A stretch of DNA of 64,000 nucleotides from a virus. Lineage: Duplodnaviria; Heunggongvirae; Uroviricota; Caudoviricetes. Within the stretch, counting starts at the first letter, position 1, and each line of letters begins with the position of its first letter. Below are positions 39,273-49,020 of the stretch, one piece after another. The position numbers and the translations under genes are program-made. The notes beneath the pieces were generated by a model. The model was not told the DNA's origin. It worked only from the letters and a program-made list of their open reading frames with translations, and did no database searches. The stretch spans positions 225,291 through 289,290 of the IMG/VR virus record IMGVR_UViG_3300021431_002946; one strand, written 5' to 3'.

Positions 39273-40697
39273 ATGATTAAGAATTTTGTAATAGATACTA
39301 ATGTATTAATGTCAAATCCTAATGCACTTTTTGGTTATGCAGATAATAGAGTTTTTCTTGTAGGAACTGTTCTTCAGGAACTTGATAAACATAAGAATGA
39401 TGAAGGTGAAAGAGGATTTAATGCTAGACAAGCAATAAAGAGCATTAATGCAGTTGTTTCTACTGCAATTAAAGATAAGACAGCAGAAGAAATAAGAAAA
39501 ATGTTGACTGTTGATGGTATTCCGCTTAATGATGAAGGTGGAGTTCTATTATTTGAACCTGATGGTGTAGATGAAAATTATTTGCCTAAAGGTTATTTGT
39601 TAGATAGAGCAGACAATAAGATTATTTCTTCTTGTATACATATGAATAAACAGTATTGTAAAGACAATAATGTTACTCTATTGACAGAAGATGCTGCAAT
39701 GTATTTAAATGCAATTAACTGCGGTGTAAAGTCAGAAAATATTAGAAATGAACAAATTGCATATACTGGATATTCAGGTCATGTAAATTTGCCTATTGCA
39801 AATGCAAATCATATAAATGAAATTTATAAGAAAAATTCAATTGAAGCAAAGAAAATTCCTGAAATAAAGAAATTAGATTATCCTTTATATGAGAACCAGT
39901 TTGTAACAATTACTTGTGGTAATCAGTCTGTTTTGACAGTTTATCAGAATGGAATGATTAATAAAATTCCTGAAGATCTTGGAATAAATGAGTATAAGAT
40001 TAAGCCTCTTAATAAAATGCAGAGATATGCAATTTGGGCTCTAACAAATCCTGCAATTCCTCTTGTAATTCTTGAAGGTCCAGCCGGTACAGCAAAAACT
40101 TTCTTATCAATGGCTGCAGGTCTTACTCAGCTTGATATAAGTAATGTTTATGGTAAGGATCTTTCTGAAAAGAATAGAAAAGAATTGTATGGTAGAATTC
40201 TTATATCTAGACCTAATAATAAAACGTCAGACGCAGACTTTGGTTATCTACCTGGCTCACTTGAAGAAAAGATGGGACCTCTAGTTGCATCTTATATGGA
40301 TAATCTTGAAGAAATTCTTGGTGATAAAGATACTCCAATAAAAGATACTAGAGCTACAATTGAAGATATGATGTATAGTAGATTAATTGAACTTTGTCCT
40401 CTTTATGCAATTAGAGGCAGATCAATTCATAATGCATATCTTATTTGCGATGAGTCTCAGAACGCAACAAAAAGTCTTATTAAAGACGTAGTTACAAGAG
40501 CAGGTAAGAATACTAAGATTGTAGTTGCAGGAGATCCAACTCAGATAGATAATACTGCACTTAGCATGCATAATAATGGTCTTGTTTATCTTAAGAATTG
40601 TATGAAAGGTGATCCTCTTTGTGCAATAATTAGATTTGAGAATGACAATTGTGTTAGAAGTGCTCTTGCTGAAAATGCTCTCAATCGTCTCAAGTAA
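39273..40697 (+). CDS. phoH: PhoH-family protein with N-terminal PIN domain
   Basis: VIDTNV, ADNKII, GPAGTAKT, IRGRSI, DESQN, GDPTQID, RSALA. Confidence 0.9.
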   Translation: MIKNFVIDTNVLMSNPNALFGYADNRVFLVGTVLQELDKHKNDEGERGFNARQAIKSINAVVSTAIKDKTAEEIRKMLTVDGIPLNDEGGVLLFEPDGVDENYLPKGYLLDRADNKIISSCIHMNKQYCKDNNVTLLTEDAAMYLNAINCGVKSENIRNEQIAYTGYSGHVNLPIANANHINEIYKKNSIEAKKIPEIKKLDYPLYENQFVTITCGNQSVLTVYQNGMINKIPEDLGINEYKIKPLNKMQRYAIWALTNPAIPLVILEGPAGTAKTFLSMAAGLTQLDISNVYGKDLSEKNRKELYGRILISRPNNKTSDADFGYLPGSLEEKMGPLVASYMDNLEEILGDKDTPIKDTRATIEDMMYSRLIELCPLYAIRGRSIHNAYLICDESQNATKSLIKDVVTRAGKNTKIVVAGDPTQIDNTALSMHNNGLVYLKNCMKGDPLCAIIRFENDNCVRSALAENALNRLK

Positions 40698-40723
40698 ATA
40701 AAAGTTATAAATATATAACAAAA

Positions 40724-40760
40724 AATAAAAGGAAGATGTAAAAATCTTCCTTTTTATTTT
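40724..40760 (+). terminator. intrinsic terminator
   Basis: AAAAGGAAGAT/ATCTTCCTTTT plus T-tract. Confidence 0.7.
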
Positions 40761-40844
40761 TACTTATAAAAGTAATAATATTATAATTAAACGAAAGCTT
40801 ATTTAATTATACAAGGAAAATTATGTAAAGAAGGAGGAAATTGA

Positions 40845-41624
40845 ATGAATAAAGAAGAATTCAAGCAAGCAATGCAATCACCAAAGAATGTATATTGTAT
40901 AGTTTCCTCTGATGCTAGAATGATTGATTTGTATAGAGATAGATTTAAAGCAGCAATAAAAGCAGATCAAATAGTATTTGGTCAGATACAAACTTCAGGT
41001 AAGTTATTTAAAAAGAAAACTTTAAATGTTATTTATATGCCAAAACTTGAAGAGTCTGTATTTGAAAGAAAAGAATATATTTTTATTCATACAGATTCAA
41101 TTGATAAAAGAACTGTTGCATATAAAAGATATAAGAATCAAATAATCATATTAGAAAATGATTATACTGATTATGTAATGAAGCATAGTAATATGAATGA
41201 AGATCAAGCTAAAGCATTTATAAAACAATGCGCAAATGATCTTGGTATTATTGAAAATGAACTTATGTTTTATAAAGAAGCTGGAATTCATTATAATAAT
41301 TATGAAAATAATATATATGGTTGGGTAGATAATTTCTTAAAAAGAGAGCCTTTACCTAGAACTACAGAATCAGAAATAAGTATAATGGCATTATTATCAA
41401 ATAATTGTCAAGATTTATTAAAAGTAAAACAAAATAATATAGATGGAATGGATCCATACAGAATTAAATGTATGAACGCAATGAAATCTTATAGAACTGA
41501 AGAAGAATTAAAAAATATGATAAAAGACTGTTTTTATTTAGATTGTCAAATAAAGAAAGGATTGTTAGACCCTAAATATACTATAGCATTTTTAAAGGAG
41601 AGATATTATGCCATTACCAATTAA
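40845..41624 (+). CDS. clamp loader delta-like subunit
   Basis: CANDLGIIENEL, DCFYLDCQIKKG pattern and replication-cluster context. Confidence 0.45.
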   Translation: MNKEEFKQAMQSPKNVYCIVSSDARMIDLYRDRFKAAIKADQIVFGQIQTSGKLFKKKTLNVIYMPKLEESVFERKEYIFIHTDSIDKRTVAYKRYKNQIIILENDYTDYVMKHSNMNEDQAKAFIKQCANDLGIIENELMFYKEAGIHYNNYENNIYGWVDNFLKREPLPRTTESEISIMALLSNNCQDLLKVKQNNIDGMDPYRIKCMNAMKSYRTEEELKNMIKDCFYLDCQIKKGLLDPKYTIAFLKERYYAITN

Positions 41625-43119
41625 CTTTTTGCCTGAAGTCAAGTCTAAACTTGATGATGCAGCATTAATAGAAAAACTAAAAAATGAAAAGAAAAAGAGT
41701 AAATTAAATTCAAATAATATTCTTGATATTATTGAAAAAATTAGACAAGATATTGATCAGCATCTTGCATATAGAAAAGATCAATTTGCTATTATTCGAA
41801 GACCAAGTGAATTAAAAGAATATATTAAGCAAGCAAATAAGTATGGTAAGATAGCAATCGATACTGAGACTACAGGTCTTAATCCTTTGGTTATTGATAT
41901 TATTGGTTTCAGTATGTATTTTCCTGGTGCTAAAGCTATTTATGTTCCTGTAAATCATGAAGATTATTTAACAGGAAATAAACTTATAGACCAGATGACT
42001 GAAGAACAATGTAAAGAATGTTTATCTGAATTAACTGCAGATGTAATAATGCATAATGCACAATTCGATATTAGAGTTATTTATCATACAATTGGTGTTA
42101 GATTAAAGTGTTGGTGGGATACGCAAGTTGCAGGTTTTCTTATTGATGAAAACGAATCTCATGGATTGAAAGATTTGCATAGTAAATATATCTCTCATGT
42201 AGTAGAAAAAACATTTAGTGGTTACTTTAAAAATATTAAATATCAGCAAGTTCCAGTTGAATTAGCATATCCTTATGCTGCAAACGACGCTATTGATACT
42301 TGGGAAATTTATGAGTACCAGTATAATAAAGCTGGATTAAATGAACAATCTGATATGTGGTGGTTATATAGAAATATTGAAATTCCAATGATCGATGTAA
42401 TTATTGCACTAGAAGATAATGGTGTATATATTGATATGGAATTTTTAGAGACTCTTAAAGAAAAATATCATGGTAAGCTCGATGAAGCACTTAATGGTTG
42501 TTATGATGAGATTGCAAAAATTCAAGGCACAATTGATACTTATATGCTCAATCATCCTGAATGCAAATTAAAGCAACCTATAAATATTGGTTCGACAACA
42601 CAACTTGCTATTTTATTTTATGATATTTTAGGTGTTAAACCTATTCAAGGTAAGAAACCAAGAGCTGTAGACGATGATGTTATGCAAGAATTAAAGAAGA
42701 AATATCCACTTGCTGCTAAAATTACAGATTATCGTAGCGCTATGAAAATGACTTCTACTTATATTGACAATATTCAAAATATTGTTCATACAGATGGTAG
42801 AGTTCATACTGGATTTAATTCAAATGGAGCAGCTACTGGTCGTATGAGTTCAAAAGAACCTCTTAATCTCCAAAATATTCCATCTAGAGGTCCAGCAAAG
42901 GAACTTAGAAGAATGTTTGCAGGCCAAACTACAGAACGTGAAGTAGAACTTAGATCTGATAATGCATATATTCTTGATAGATGTGAAGAAGTACAACTTC
43001 AAGATGGTACTTGGGTATGGGCAGAATTAGTTAAAGCTGGTGATGTTCTTGAAAGTGGAGAAGTTGTAAAAGCAGTAATTGTAAAAGAGTTTAAAGTTTT
43101 GATTGGAATTGAAACTTAA
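41608..43119 (+). CDS. polA: DNA polymerase family A, N-terminal piece (3'-5' exonuclease, thumb, part of palm)
   Basis: IAIDTETTGL, MHNAQFD, YAANDA, NIGSTTQLA, TGRMSS..PLNLQNIP; ends just before motif A. Confidence 0.9.
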   Translation: MPLPINFLPEVKSKLDDAALIEKLKNEKKKSKLNSNNILDIIEKIRQDIDQHLAYRKDQFAIIRRPSELKEYIKQANKYGKIAIDTETTGLNPLVIDIIGFSMYFPGAKAIYVPVNHEDYLTGNKLIDQMTEEQCKECLSELTADVIMHNAQFDIRVIYHTIGVRLKCWWDTQVAGFLIDENESHGLKDLHSKYISHVVEKTFSGYFKNIKYQQVPVELAYPYAANDAIDTWEIYEYQYNKAGLNEQSDMWWLYRNIEIPMIDVIIALEDNGVYIDMEFLETLKEKYHGKLDEALNGCYDEIAKIQGTIDTYMLNHPECKLKQPINIGSTTQLAILFYDILGVKPIQGKKPRAVDDDVMQELKKKYPLAAKITDYRSAMKMTSTYIDNIQNIVHTDGRVHTGFNSNGAATGRMSSKEPLNLQNIPSRGPAKELRRMFAGQTTEREVELRSDNAYILDRCEEVQLQDGTWVWAELVKAGDVLESGEVVKAVIVKEFKVLIGIET

Positions 43120-43165
43120 AAATATATTTAACTATACAAGGAATATTTTAGAAAGGATTTAAAAA

Positions 43166-43405
43166 ATGGAGCAAGACGACAGTTTGTTAAGTAAGATAAC
43201 TAATACATTTTTTATTAGTTTATCTATACTTCAATATGTTTTTATTGCATTAAAATTTTTAAATATTATAAAGTGGTCGTGGTTTATAACACTTTTACCT
43301 ACTTTAATTCTAATAATATTTATAGTTTTAATTCTATTTGCAATATTATGTATATTAATTATAACAATGCTAATGAAAGTGAAAGGAGGAGTAAAGCATG
43401 ATTAA
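43166..43405 (+). CDS. small membrane protein between polymerase halves
   Basis: Two hydrophobic segments; KWSW motif. Confidence 0.65.
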   Translation: MEQDDSLLSKITNTFFISLSILQYVFIALKFLNIIKWSWFITLLPTLILIIFIVLILFAILCILIITMLMKVKGGVKHD

Positions 43406-44564
43406 AGCTAGAACTAGAAGAATTATTCAAGGTTCTGACTATTCAGCGCAAGAACCAAGACTTCTTTCTCAACTTTGTGCAGATCCTGGAATGTTACAGG
43501 CATATATGGATGGAAAAGATTTGTATGTAGAAATTTCATCAATTGCTTTCCATAGACCATATAAAAAATGTCTTGAACATTTTCCTAAAGGCTGTCCAAT
43601 TAAGAAAGATGCAGAAGATCATTGGGTTTATGCGTTATTAAAAGATGGTTCAGAAGATTCAATAGAAAATTTTGAGGATCTTCATAAGTACTTAGATGAA
43701 GATTTTAATCCTGAATTATATGATTACGATAAATTAGCTGATGGTGAAGTTGATGCTTTTGCAGAAGGTAAAGAATACCGTAGCCAAGCCAAACGTATAC
43801 TCTTAGGAATAATGTACGGCAGAGGTGCTAGATCAATTGCAGAACAATTATTTGGTACTCCTGAAAATAAAGCACAGGAGAGAGAAAATATTGATCAAGC
43901 ACAAAAAATTAAAGATGATGTGTATGATGCTTTTCCAAAGATTAAGGAATTTGAAGAAGCTTCAATTGAAATGGTTCAAAAATATGGATATGTTACTACT
44001 CTTTGGCTAAGACGTAGAAGACTTCCTGAATATAATTTAGAACCTATTCAAATTTTTTATGTTTGGTTAGATGCAGCAGGACAAGAAATTAAGAGAGAAA
44101 ATCTTGAGAAAGTAAATCCATCAAAATATAATGAAGTATTAACTGGTTATATGAATCAAAATTGGAATAATAGAGATAATTATGTTAATAAGTTATATAA
44201 TAATGAAGGTATTTTAATAATAAATAATAATAGTAAGATTGCAAGAGCAGGAAGACAAATTATTAACTCTCGAGTTCAAGGTTCTGCAGCAGATATGAGT
44301 AAGATGGCATTAATTAAAATTAATACTGATGAAGAACTTATTAAACGTGGAGTTAAAATCATCATTCCAGTTCATGATGAAATCTTAGTTGAAACACCTC
44401 TTAGATACGCAAAGTATGTAAAGGAAAGATTTGCTAATGATATGATGACTGCAGCTAGACCTAAATTAACAATTCCAGTTAGTTGTGATGTTGAATCTGC
44501 AGATAGATGGTATGGTGAACCTATGAACTTAGATGAAGAATTAAAAGGATTAGAAGGAGTATAA
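43398..44564 (+). CDS. polA: DNA polymerase family A, C-terminal piece (motifs A, B, C)
   Basis: GSDYSAQEPR, RSQAKRILLGIMYG, NSRVQGSAAD, VHDE. Confidence 0.9.
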   Translation: MIKARTRRIIQGSDYSAQEPRLLSQLCADPGMLQAYMDGKDLYVEISSIAFHRPYKKCLEHFPKGCPIKKDAEDHWVYALLKDGSEDSIENFEDLHKYLDEDFNPELYDYDKLADGEVDAFAEGKEYRSQAKRILLGIMYGRGARSIAEQLFGTPENKAQERENIDQAQKIKDDVYDAFPKIKEFEEASIEMVQKYGYVTTLWLRRRRLPEYNLEPIQIFYVWLDAAGQEIKRENLEKVNPSKYNEVLTGYMNQNWNNRDNYVNKLYNNEGILIINNNSKIARAGRQIINSRVQGSAADMSKMALIKINTDEELIKRGVKIIIPVHDEILVETPLRYAKYVKERFANDMMTAARPKLTIPVSCDVESADRWYGEPMNLDEELKGLEGV

Positions 44565-44565
44565 T

Positions 44566-44844
44566 ATGACTACTAAAGATTTATCTAATAGTGCAAGTTC
44601 TGTAACAGCGCATTTTGTTAAGATATTACCTGATCTCAATAAAGTTATTGCAGATATATCTATGTCTGATAATCAAAAGAGAGATGATTGTTTAGTAATT
44701 GCAATACAAGCTTTGAATATTTCAGATGCAAGTAATGCATATTATACAAAAACAAGAGAAGCTCTTATGAGATGCAGAACTGCTTTTGAAATTAGAAATA
44801 AAGTATTATCAATTATTGAGAATGGAAAGAATTATTCGAGGTAA
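44566..44844 (+). CDS. hypothetical protein
   Basis: ORF with RBS. Confidence 0.7.
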   Translation: MTTKDLSNSASSVTAHFVKILPDLNKVIADISMSDNQKRDDCLVIAIQALNISDASNAYYTKTREALMRCRTAFEIRNKVLSIIENGKNYSR

Positions 44845-44849
44845 TAAAT

Positions 44850-45128
44850 ATGCCAAATTATGCAGACAAAGAAGGCACAGTAACTTGGGTATATAAACAG
44901 ATTTTGCCTCAATTAATGGAACTTAATGCAGATCCTACAATGTATGAGTGTGAAAAATATTATGCATGCTTTGTACTTACGTATCAAAGTCTTAAAAAGA
45001 TGACTACTCATATTGAGAAACAAAGATTATGTAATCAATATTTAACAGAGTTATGCAAATGTAAATCTTCACAAGAAATTGTAGATTTAGCAAATAATAT
45101 GTTAGTTAGAGGAAATAGAAAGGATTAA
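44850..45128 (+). CDS. hypothetical protein
   Basis: ORF with RBS. Confidence 0.7.
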   Translation: MPNYADKEGTVTWVYKQILPQLMELNADPTMYECEKYYACFVLTYQSLKKMTTHIEKQRLCNQYLTELCKCKSSQEIVDLANNMLVRGNRKD

Positions 45129-45133
45129 TATAT

Positions 45134-45631
45134 ATGATTGAATTTATAAAAGTTAGAGATGTTAAGGATCCGATTAGAGATGTAAATGAGAATGCTGGAA
45201 TTGACTTTTTTATTCCTGAAAAGTCAGATTCAATGATTGCTGAAATTGTTGGTTTTAATCCAAATATTACATTTTCAGGTAATACAATTATAATTCCACC
45301 TCATGAAGATATTCTTATTTCTGCTGGTATTAAGAGTAAGTTTGATAAGAATCTTGCTTTAATTGCAAATAATAAGAGTGGTATTGCTACTAAAAAGAAG
45401 CTTATTTTTGGCGCATCTGTAATTGATTCTTCATATCAAGGTGAATGGCATTTTCATTTGATCAACTGGTCTAAGCAAGAGCAAAGAATTGAATTTGGTC
45501 AAAAAATTATTCAGTTCATTCCAACAGTAATTTCTAATGATGCTCATGTTATTTTTAATGGTTCAGAAGAAGAGTTCTTTACTACTAAGACTAATCGTGG
45601 CGAAGGCGGATTTGGAAGTTCAGGTATATAA
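45134..45631 (+). CDS. dut: trimeric dUTPase
   Basis: AGIDF, KSGIA, VIDSSYQGE, KIIQ, RGEGGFGSSG. Confidence 0.95.
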   Translation: MIEFIKVRDVKDPIRDVNENAGIDFFIPEKSDSMIAEIVGFNPNITFSGNTIIIPPHEDILISAGIKSKFDKNLALIANNKSGIATKKKLIFGASVIDSSYQGEWHFHLINWSKQEQRIEFGQKIIQFIPTVISNDAHVIFNGSEEEFFTTKTNRGEGGFGSSGI

Positions 45632-45683
45632 ATAAGTTTACTAATTATAAATTTATTATTATAATTTATTGAGGTAAAAAATA

Positions 45684-46085
45684 ATGAGTACTGAAGATAG
45701 ATTAGATGAAATTAGTTCTCAAATGCAAGAACTATCAAATGAACAATATAAACTAAATAAACAATTAATGATTGAACAACAAGAAAAACTTAAACCATTA
45801 ATTGGAACTTGTTTTTGGAAAAAGTCTAGGAATCAAATAATTTATTATAAAGTTGTAGATGTACCTCAAGAAGATAAATATTCTATTAGATTTAGTTTTA
45901 ATCCATATCAAATTCCAGTAATTGAATTAGGTATTGATTACACTATATCTAGAGTTACAGTACATAGCAAAGCAGTAAATGACAATGACCCAGTTGCAAA
46001 ATTTGCAACTGAATATAATATTTGTACAACTACAGAATTTAATGATAAATTAAATGAAATAATTAAAAATATAAAGGAAATTTAA
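45684..46085 (+). CDS. hypothetical protein
   Basis: ORF with RBS. Confidence 0.7.
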   Translation: MSTEDRLDEISSQMQELSNEQYKLNKQLMIEQQEKLKPLIGTCFWKKSRNQIIYYKVVDVPQEDKYSIRFSFNPYQIPVIELGIDYTISRVTVHSKAVNDNDPVAKFATEYNICTTTEFNDKLNEIIKNIKEI

Positions 46086-46088
46086 TAT

Positions 46089-46532
46089 ATGAATAAATGG
46101 GATGAATATTTTATGAATGTAGCGAAAGATACTGCTGCATTAAGTAAAGATCCTAAGACAAAAGTTGGTGCAGTAATTGTAAAAGATAAGAGACTTTTAT
46201 CTGTTGGATATAATGGTGCGCCACATAATTTTCCTGATGAACTAATTCCTATGACTGAGGGAGAAGGTTTACTTAATCAGAAAAATACTTATATGGTACA
46301 TGCTGAACTTAACGCAATTTTAAATTATAAAGGTCAGATTCAAGATCTTGCAGGATCAACTGTTTATGTTACAATATCTCCTTGTACAAATTGTGTATTA
46401 GCAATGTCACAAGTTGGTATTAAAAAAGTAATTTATTTACAAGAATATCATAGAACAGAAATACATAATGCAGCTACAAAAATAATGGATAAATGCGGAA
46501 TTAAATATCAAAAATTTGGAGATGAAGAATGA
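46089..46532 (+). CDS. dCMP deaminase
   Basis: WDEYFM, KVGAVIV, GYNG, HAELNAI, PCTNC. Confidence 0.92.
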   Translation: MNKWDEYFMNVAKDTAALSKDPKTKVGAVIVKDKRLLSVGYNGAPHNFPDELIPMTEGEGLLNQKNTYMVHAELNAILNYKGQIQDLAGSTVYVTISPCTNCVLAMSQVGIKKVIYLQEYHRTEIHNAATKIMDKCGIKYQKFGDEE

Positions 46533-47539
46533 AAGTTAATACAGAAATATTAAAAAACGCGTTGTCTTTTTTATCAATGGGTATATCAACAAATTCGGAT
46601 AAGTATGAAACTCAGCTTATTGAATTTGAAATATCAAATGGTAAATTAAAAGGTTTCACTAATAATGGAACTGATAAGTTAGGTATGAGAATTTGTGATT
46701 CAACTGATACATTTAATGCTGTTCTTAAATTTGCAGATCTTTTTAATTTAATAAAAGCTTGTAAAGATGAAGAAATTGAAATGAAATCAGGTAAAAATTA
46801 TGTTCAATTTACAACAAAGACAATTTCTTGTAGATTGAGCGCATTTGATCATAAAATTGAAAGACCTATAATGCCTAAGTATGATAAAAAGGTAAATGGT
46901 GAAAAATTAAAAGATTGTTTGCCTGTAATTAAAAGTATACTTAATCTTGCACATGTTGAAGAATGTTATAGATATGTATATTTTAGCGATTATGTAATGG
47001 TTACAGATACAGATAATGTAGCTATAATAAATGAGAAGCTATTTAATAATATACTAATGTCATTGCGGAGTATTGAGATTCTTAGTACTCTTGGAGAGTT
47101 TGATTATATAACAAATGGCAAAGAAATTTGTGCATTTAACGATAATAAGATTGTTGAAATTTTACTCAAAGATAGTTCGCATTATCAATATACAGAACTT
47201 TTAGGTCTCTTTGCAAAATTAAATAATAAAATATCTTTAACAAAAGATACATTAAATAATGCAATTAGTTTAGCATCTATATTTAATACAGATGATGTAG
47301 ATTTAGTATTTGATACTAATGGTGCTAGATTAGAAATACCTGCAAATAGTTTTGTATATCAATTAAGTACTTCACATTGTATTGATAAAAAGTATACATT
47401 ACCTTTATCATTACTCAAGAAATTTTCTGTTATTGGAGAAAATCTAAATATTGGAATTGATTCTGATGATTTTATTAGTGTTGAGGATAGTGACAATAAT
47501 AATATAAAAGCTTTATTTGGAGTAGCAAATGAGGACTAA
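46529..47539 (+). CDS. DNA sliding clamp (beta-clamp-like)
   Basis: 336 aa, MKVNTEILKNAL start, repeated alpha/beta pattern, clamp-loader context. Confidence 0.55.
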   Translation: MKVNTEILKNALSFLSMGISTNSDKYETQLIEFEISNGKLKGFTNNGTDKLGMRICDSTDTFNAVLKFADLFNLIKACKDEEIEMKSGKNYVQFTTKTISCRLSAFDHKIERPIMPKYDKKVNGEKLKDCLPVIKSILNLAHVEECYRYVYFSDYVMVTDTDNVAIINEKLFNNILMSLRSIEILSTLGEFDYITNGKEICAFNDNKIVEILLKDSSHYQYTELLGLFAKLNNKISLTKDTLNNAISLASIFNTDDVDLVFDTNGARLEIPANSFVYQLSTSHCIDKKYTLPLSLLKKFSVIGENLNIGIDSDDFISVEDSDNNNIKALFGVANED

Positions 47540-48056
47540 ACATGCAATAATAGTTTTAATAATAATAATATTATTAAGTGTTGCAACTATTGTCTTTTAT
47601 TTTTATAATAAAGATCGAGTTACTATACCAACAAATCATGTGTATTTAGAATCTGAAGAATTTACTGGTTGGATGAAAGAAGAATTAAATCTTAATTGGG
47701 CACCTACATATTTAATTATTAAAGACGGAAAATTTATTAGTAGTATAAAAGGTGGAATTCCAGTAAATACTTTTGAAAGTGCGTATGCATTAGCAATAGC
47801 AGATAATAATATAATAAAAGAAGTACCGAGTATTGAAATAACAAATATTGATAATCAAACAAATAATGTTAGTGAATTATTTAAAAATGGAGTATATATT
47901 TTGGAAATTAGTTGGGTAGATTGTCCAGACTGTATATTCCAAGATGAGAATTTTACAAAAGACGTGTATCGTAAATACGGAGTTAAAAAGATTTATAGAT
48001 ACTATGTAAATTCAAGTCCAGACCAAGTAATAGAAAAATATAAGAAGGAGAGGTGA
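47529..48056 (+). CDS. membrane-anchored thioredoxin-like protein
   Basis: N-terminal TM helix; WVDCPDC; APTYLIIKDGK. Confidence 0.55.
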   Translation: MRTKHAIIVLIIIILLSVATIVFYFYNKDRVTIPTNHVYLESEEFTGWMKEELNLNWAPTYLIIKDGKFISSIKGGIPVNTFESAYALAIADNNIIKEVPSIEITNIDNQTNNVSELFKNGVYILEISWVDCPDCIFQDENFTKDVYRKYGVKKIYRYYVNSSPDQVIEKYKKER

Positions 48057-48341
48057 TGCTGTTTGGGACTTTTTGATAAATTTAAGAAAAAAGAAAAGCA
48101 AATTATTTTATGGCAAAAAATGGATTTAATTCCAGGCGGCATGTGTGTTGGCGATTATGTTCGTAGAATTCTAAAAGATAATAATAAGAGCGTTGGTTAT
48201 ATTTATTTAAATGATGATCCTATTGGTTTTGCATATGGAAATTTATCAGACATAATTGATCCTTCTTTATATACTAATTTAGTAAAAGAAATATATGGTG
48301 CGGATGAAGATGGTACTCTATATTATAAATTAGTATTCTAA
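48057..48341 (+). CDS. hypothetical protein
   Basis: ORF after GAGG RBS (track start 48063). Confidence 0.6.
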   Translation, partial: CCLGLFDKFKKKEKQIILWQKMDLIPGGMCVGDYVRRILKDNNKSVGYIYLNDDPIGFAYGNLSDIIDPSLYTNLVKEIYGADEDGTLYYKLVF

Positions 48342-48628
48342 AAGTAGTTTACTTTTTATAAAATAAAATATATAATACTTTTATAATTAAATTGAAACTT
48401 GAAAATTAAATATAGATCGTAGTTATCTTTTCATTTGTTTCTTATTATGAGTCTCCTTTGGTTCTAACCAGATAACTATTACGTAGCCAATCGTACCCGC
48501 TCAGGGATAGAGAGTTAAGAAAAAGAAAGTCATATTATACCTCGTTACTTGTTTTTTGTATATGACATTATTGTGAGGTTTCTAATTTCTGAATTATTAT
48601 CTTAGTTCTTTCCTCACTTAAAATTTAT

Positions 48629-48924
48629 CGGACTGTGGCGGAACAGGCAGACGCAACGGACTTAGAAATTTGAGCACTAAGTTAAGAAATTACTTATGTG
48701 AATCTTGGCTAATTCGAGGAAACTCCTTTTAATAAGGACAACCACGAGCTAAATGGTTAGTAATAACCTAAATGTGTAGAGACTATACACCAAGCACCTA
48801 AGTTGAAAAATATGGTGAAGATATAGTCCAGACTACAACACAAATGTGGCTATGGTAACATAGTGTAGTAAGAAAATCCGTCGGTGGAAACATCGTGTGG
48901 GTTCGACTCCCATCAGTCCGACCA
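48629..48924 (+). tRNA. tRNA-Leu(UAA) interrupted by group I intron
   Basis: Exons 48629-48663 and 48873-48924 rebuild ACGGA-CUUAAAA-UCCGU, long variable arm, CCA. Confidence 0.9.
48664..48872 (+). mobile_element. group I intron in anticodon (U^AA), 209 nt, ORF-less
   Basis: AAUUCGAGGAAAC, CGAGCUAAA, GUAGAGACUA, AAGAUAUAGUCC core; terminal G. Confidence 0.9.
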
Positions 48925-49020
48925 ATAAGGTTAACCAACCTTTCTTTGTTATTTTTATTTTTACGGATCCCTGGCTACTTGGGTTAAAGTAGCATTTTTT
49001 ATATAAGAGAGGAAATTATT

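Noticed and set aside
42920-43440. Canonical split intein or group I intron joining the polA halves
   Set aside because: No Cys/Ser block A, no terminal His-Asn, and no P7 GACUA/UAGUC core in the gap; kept only as a Hint-like remnant hypothesis
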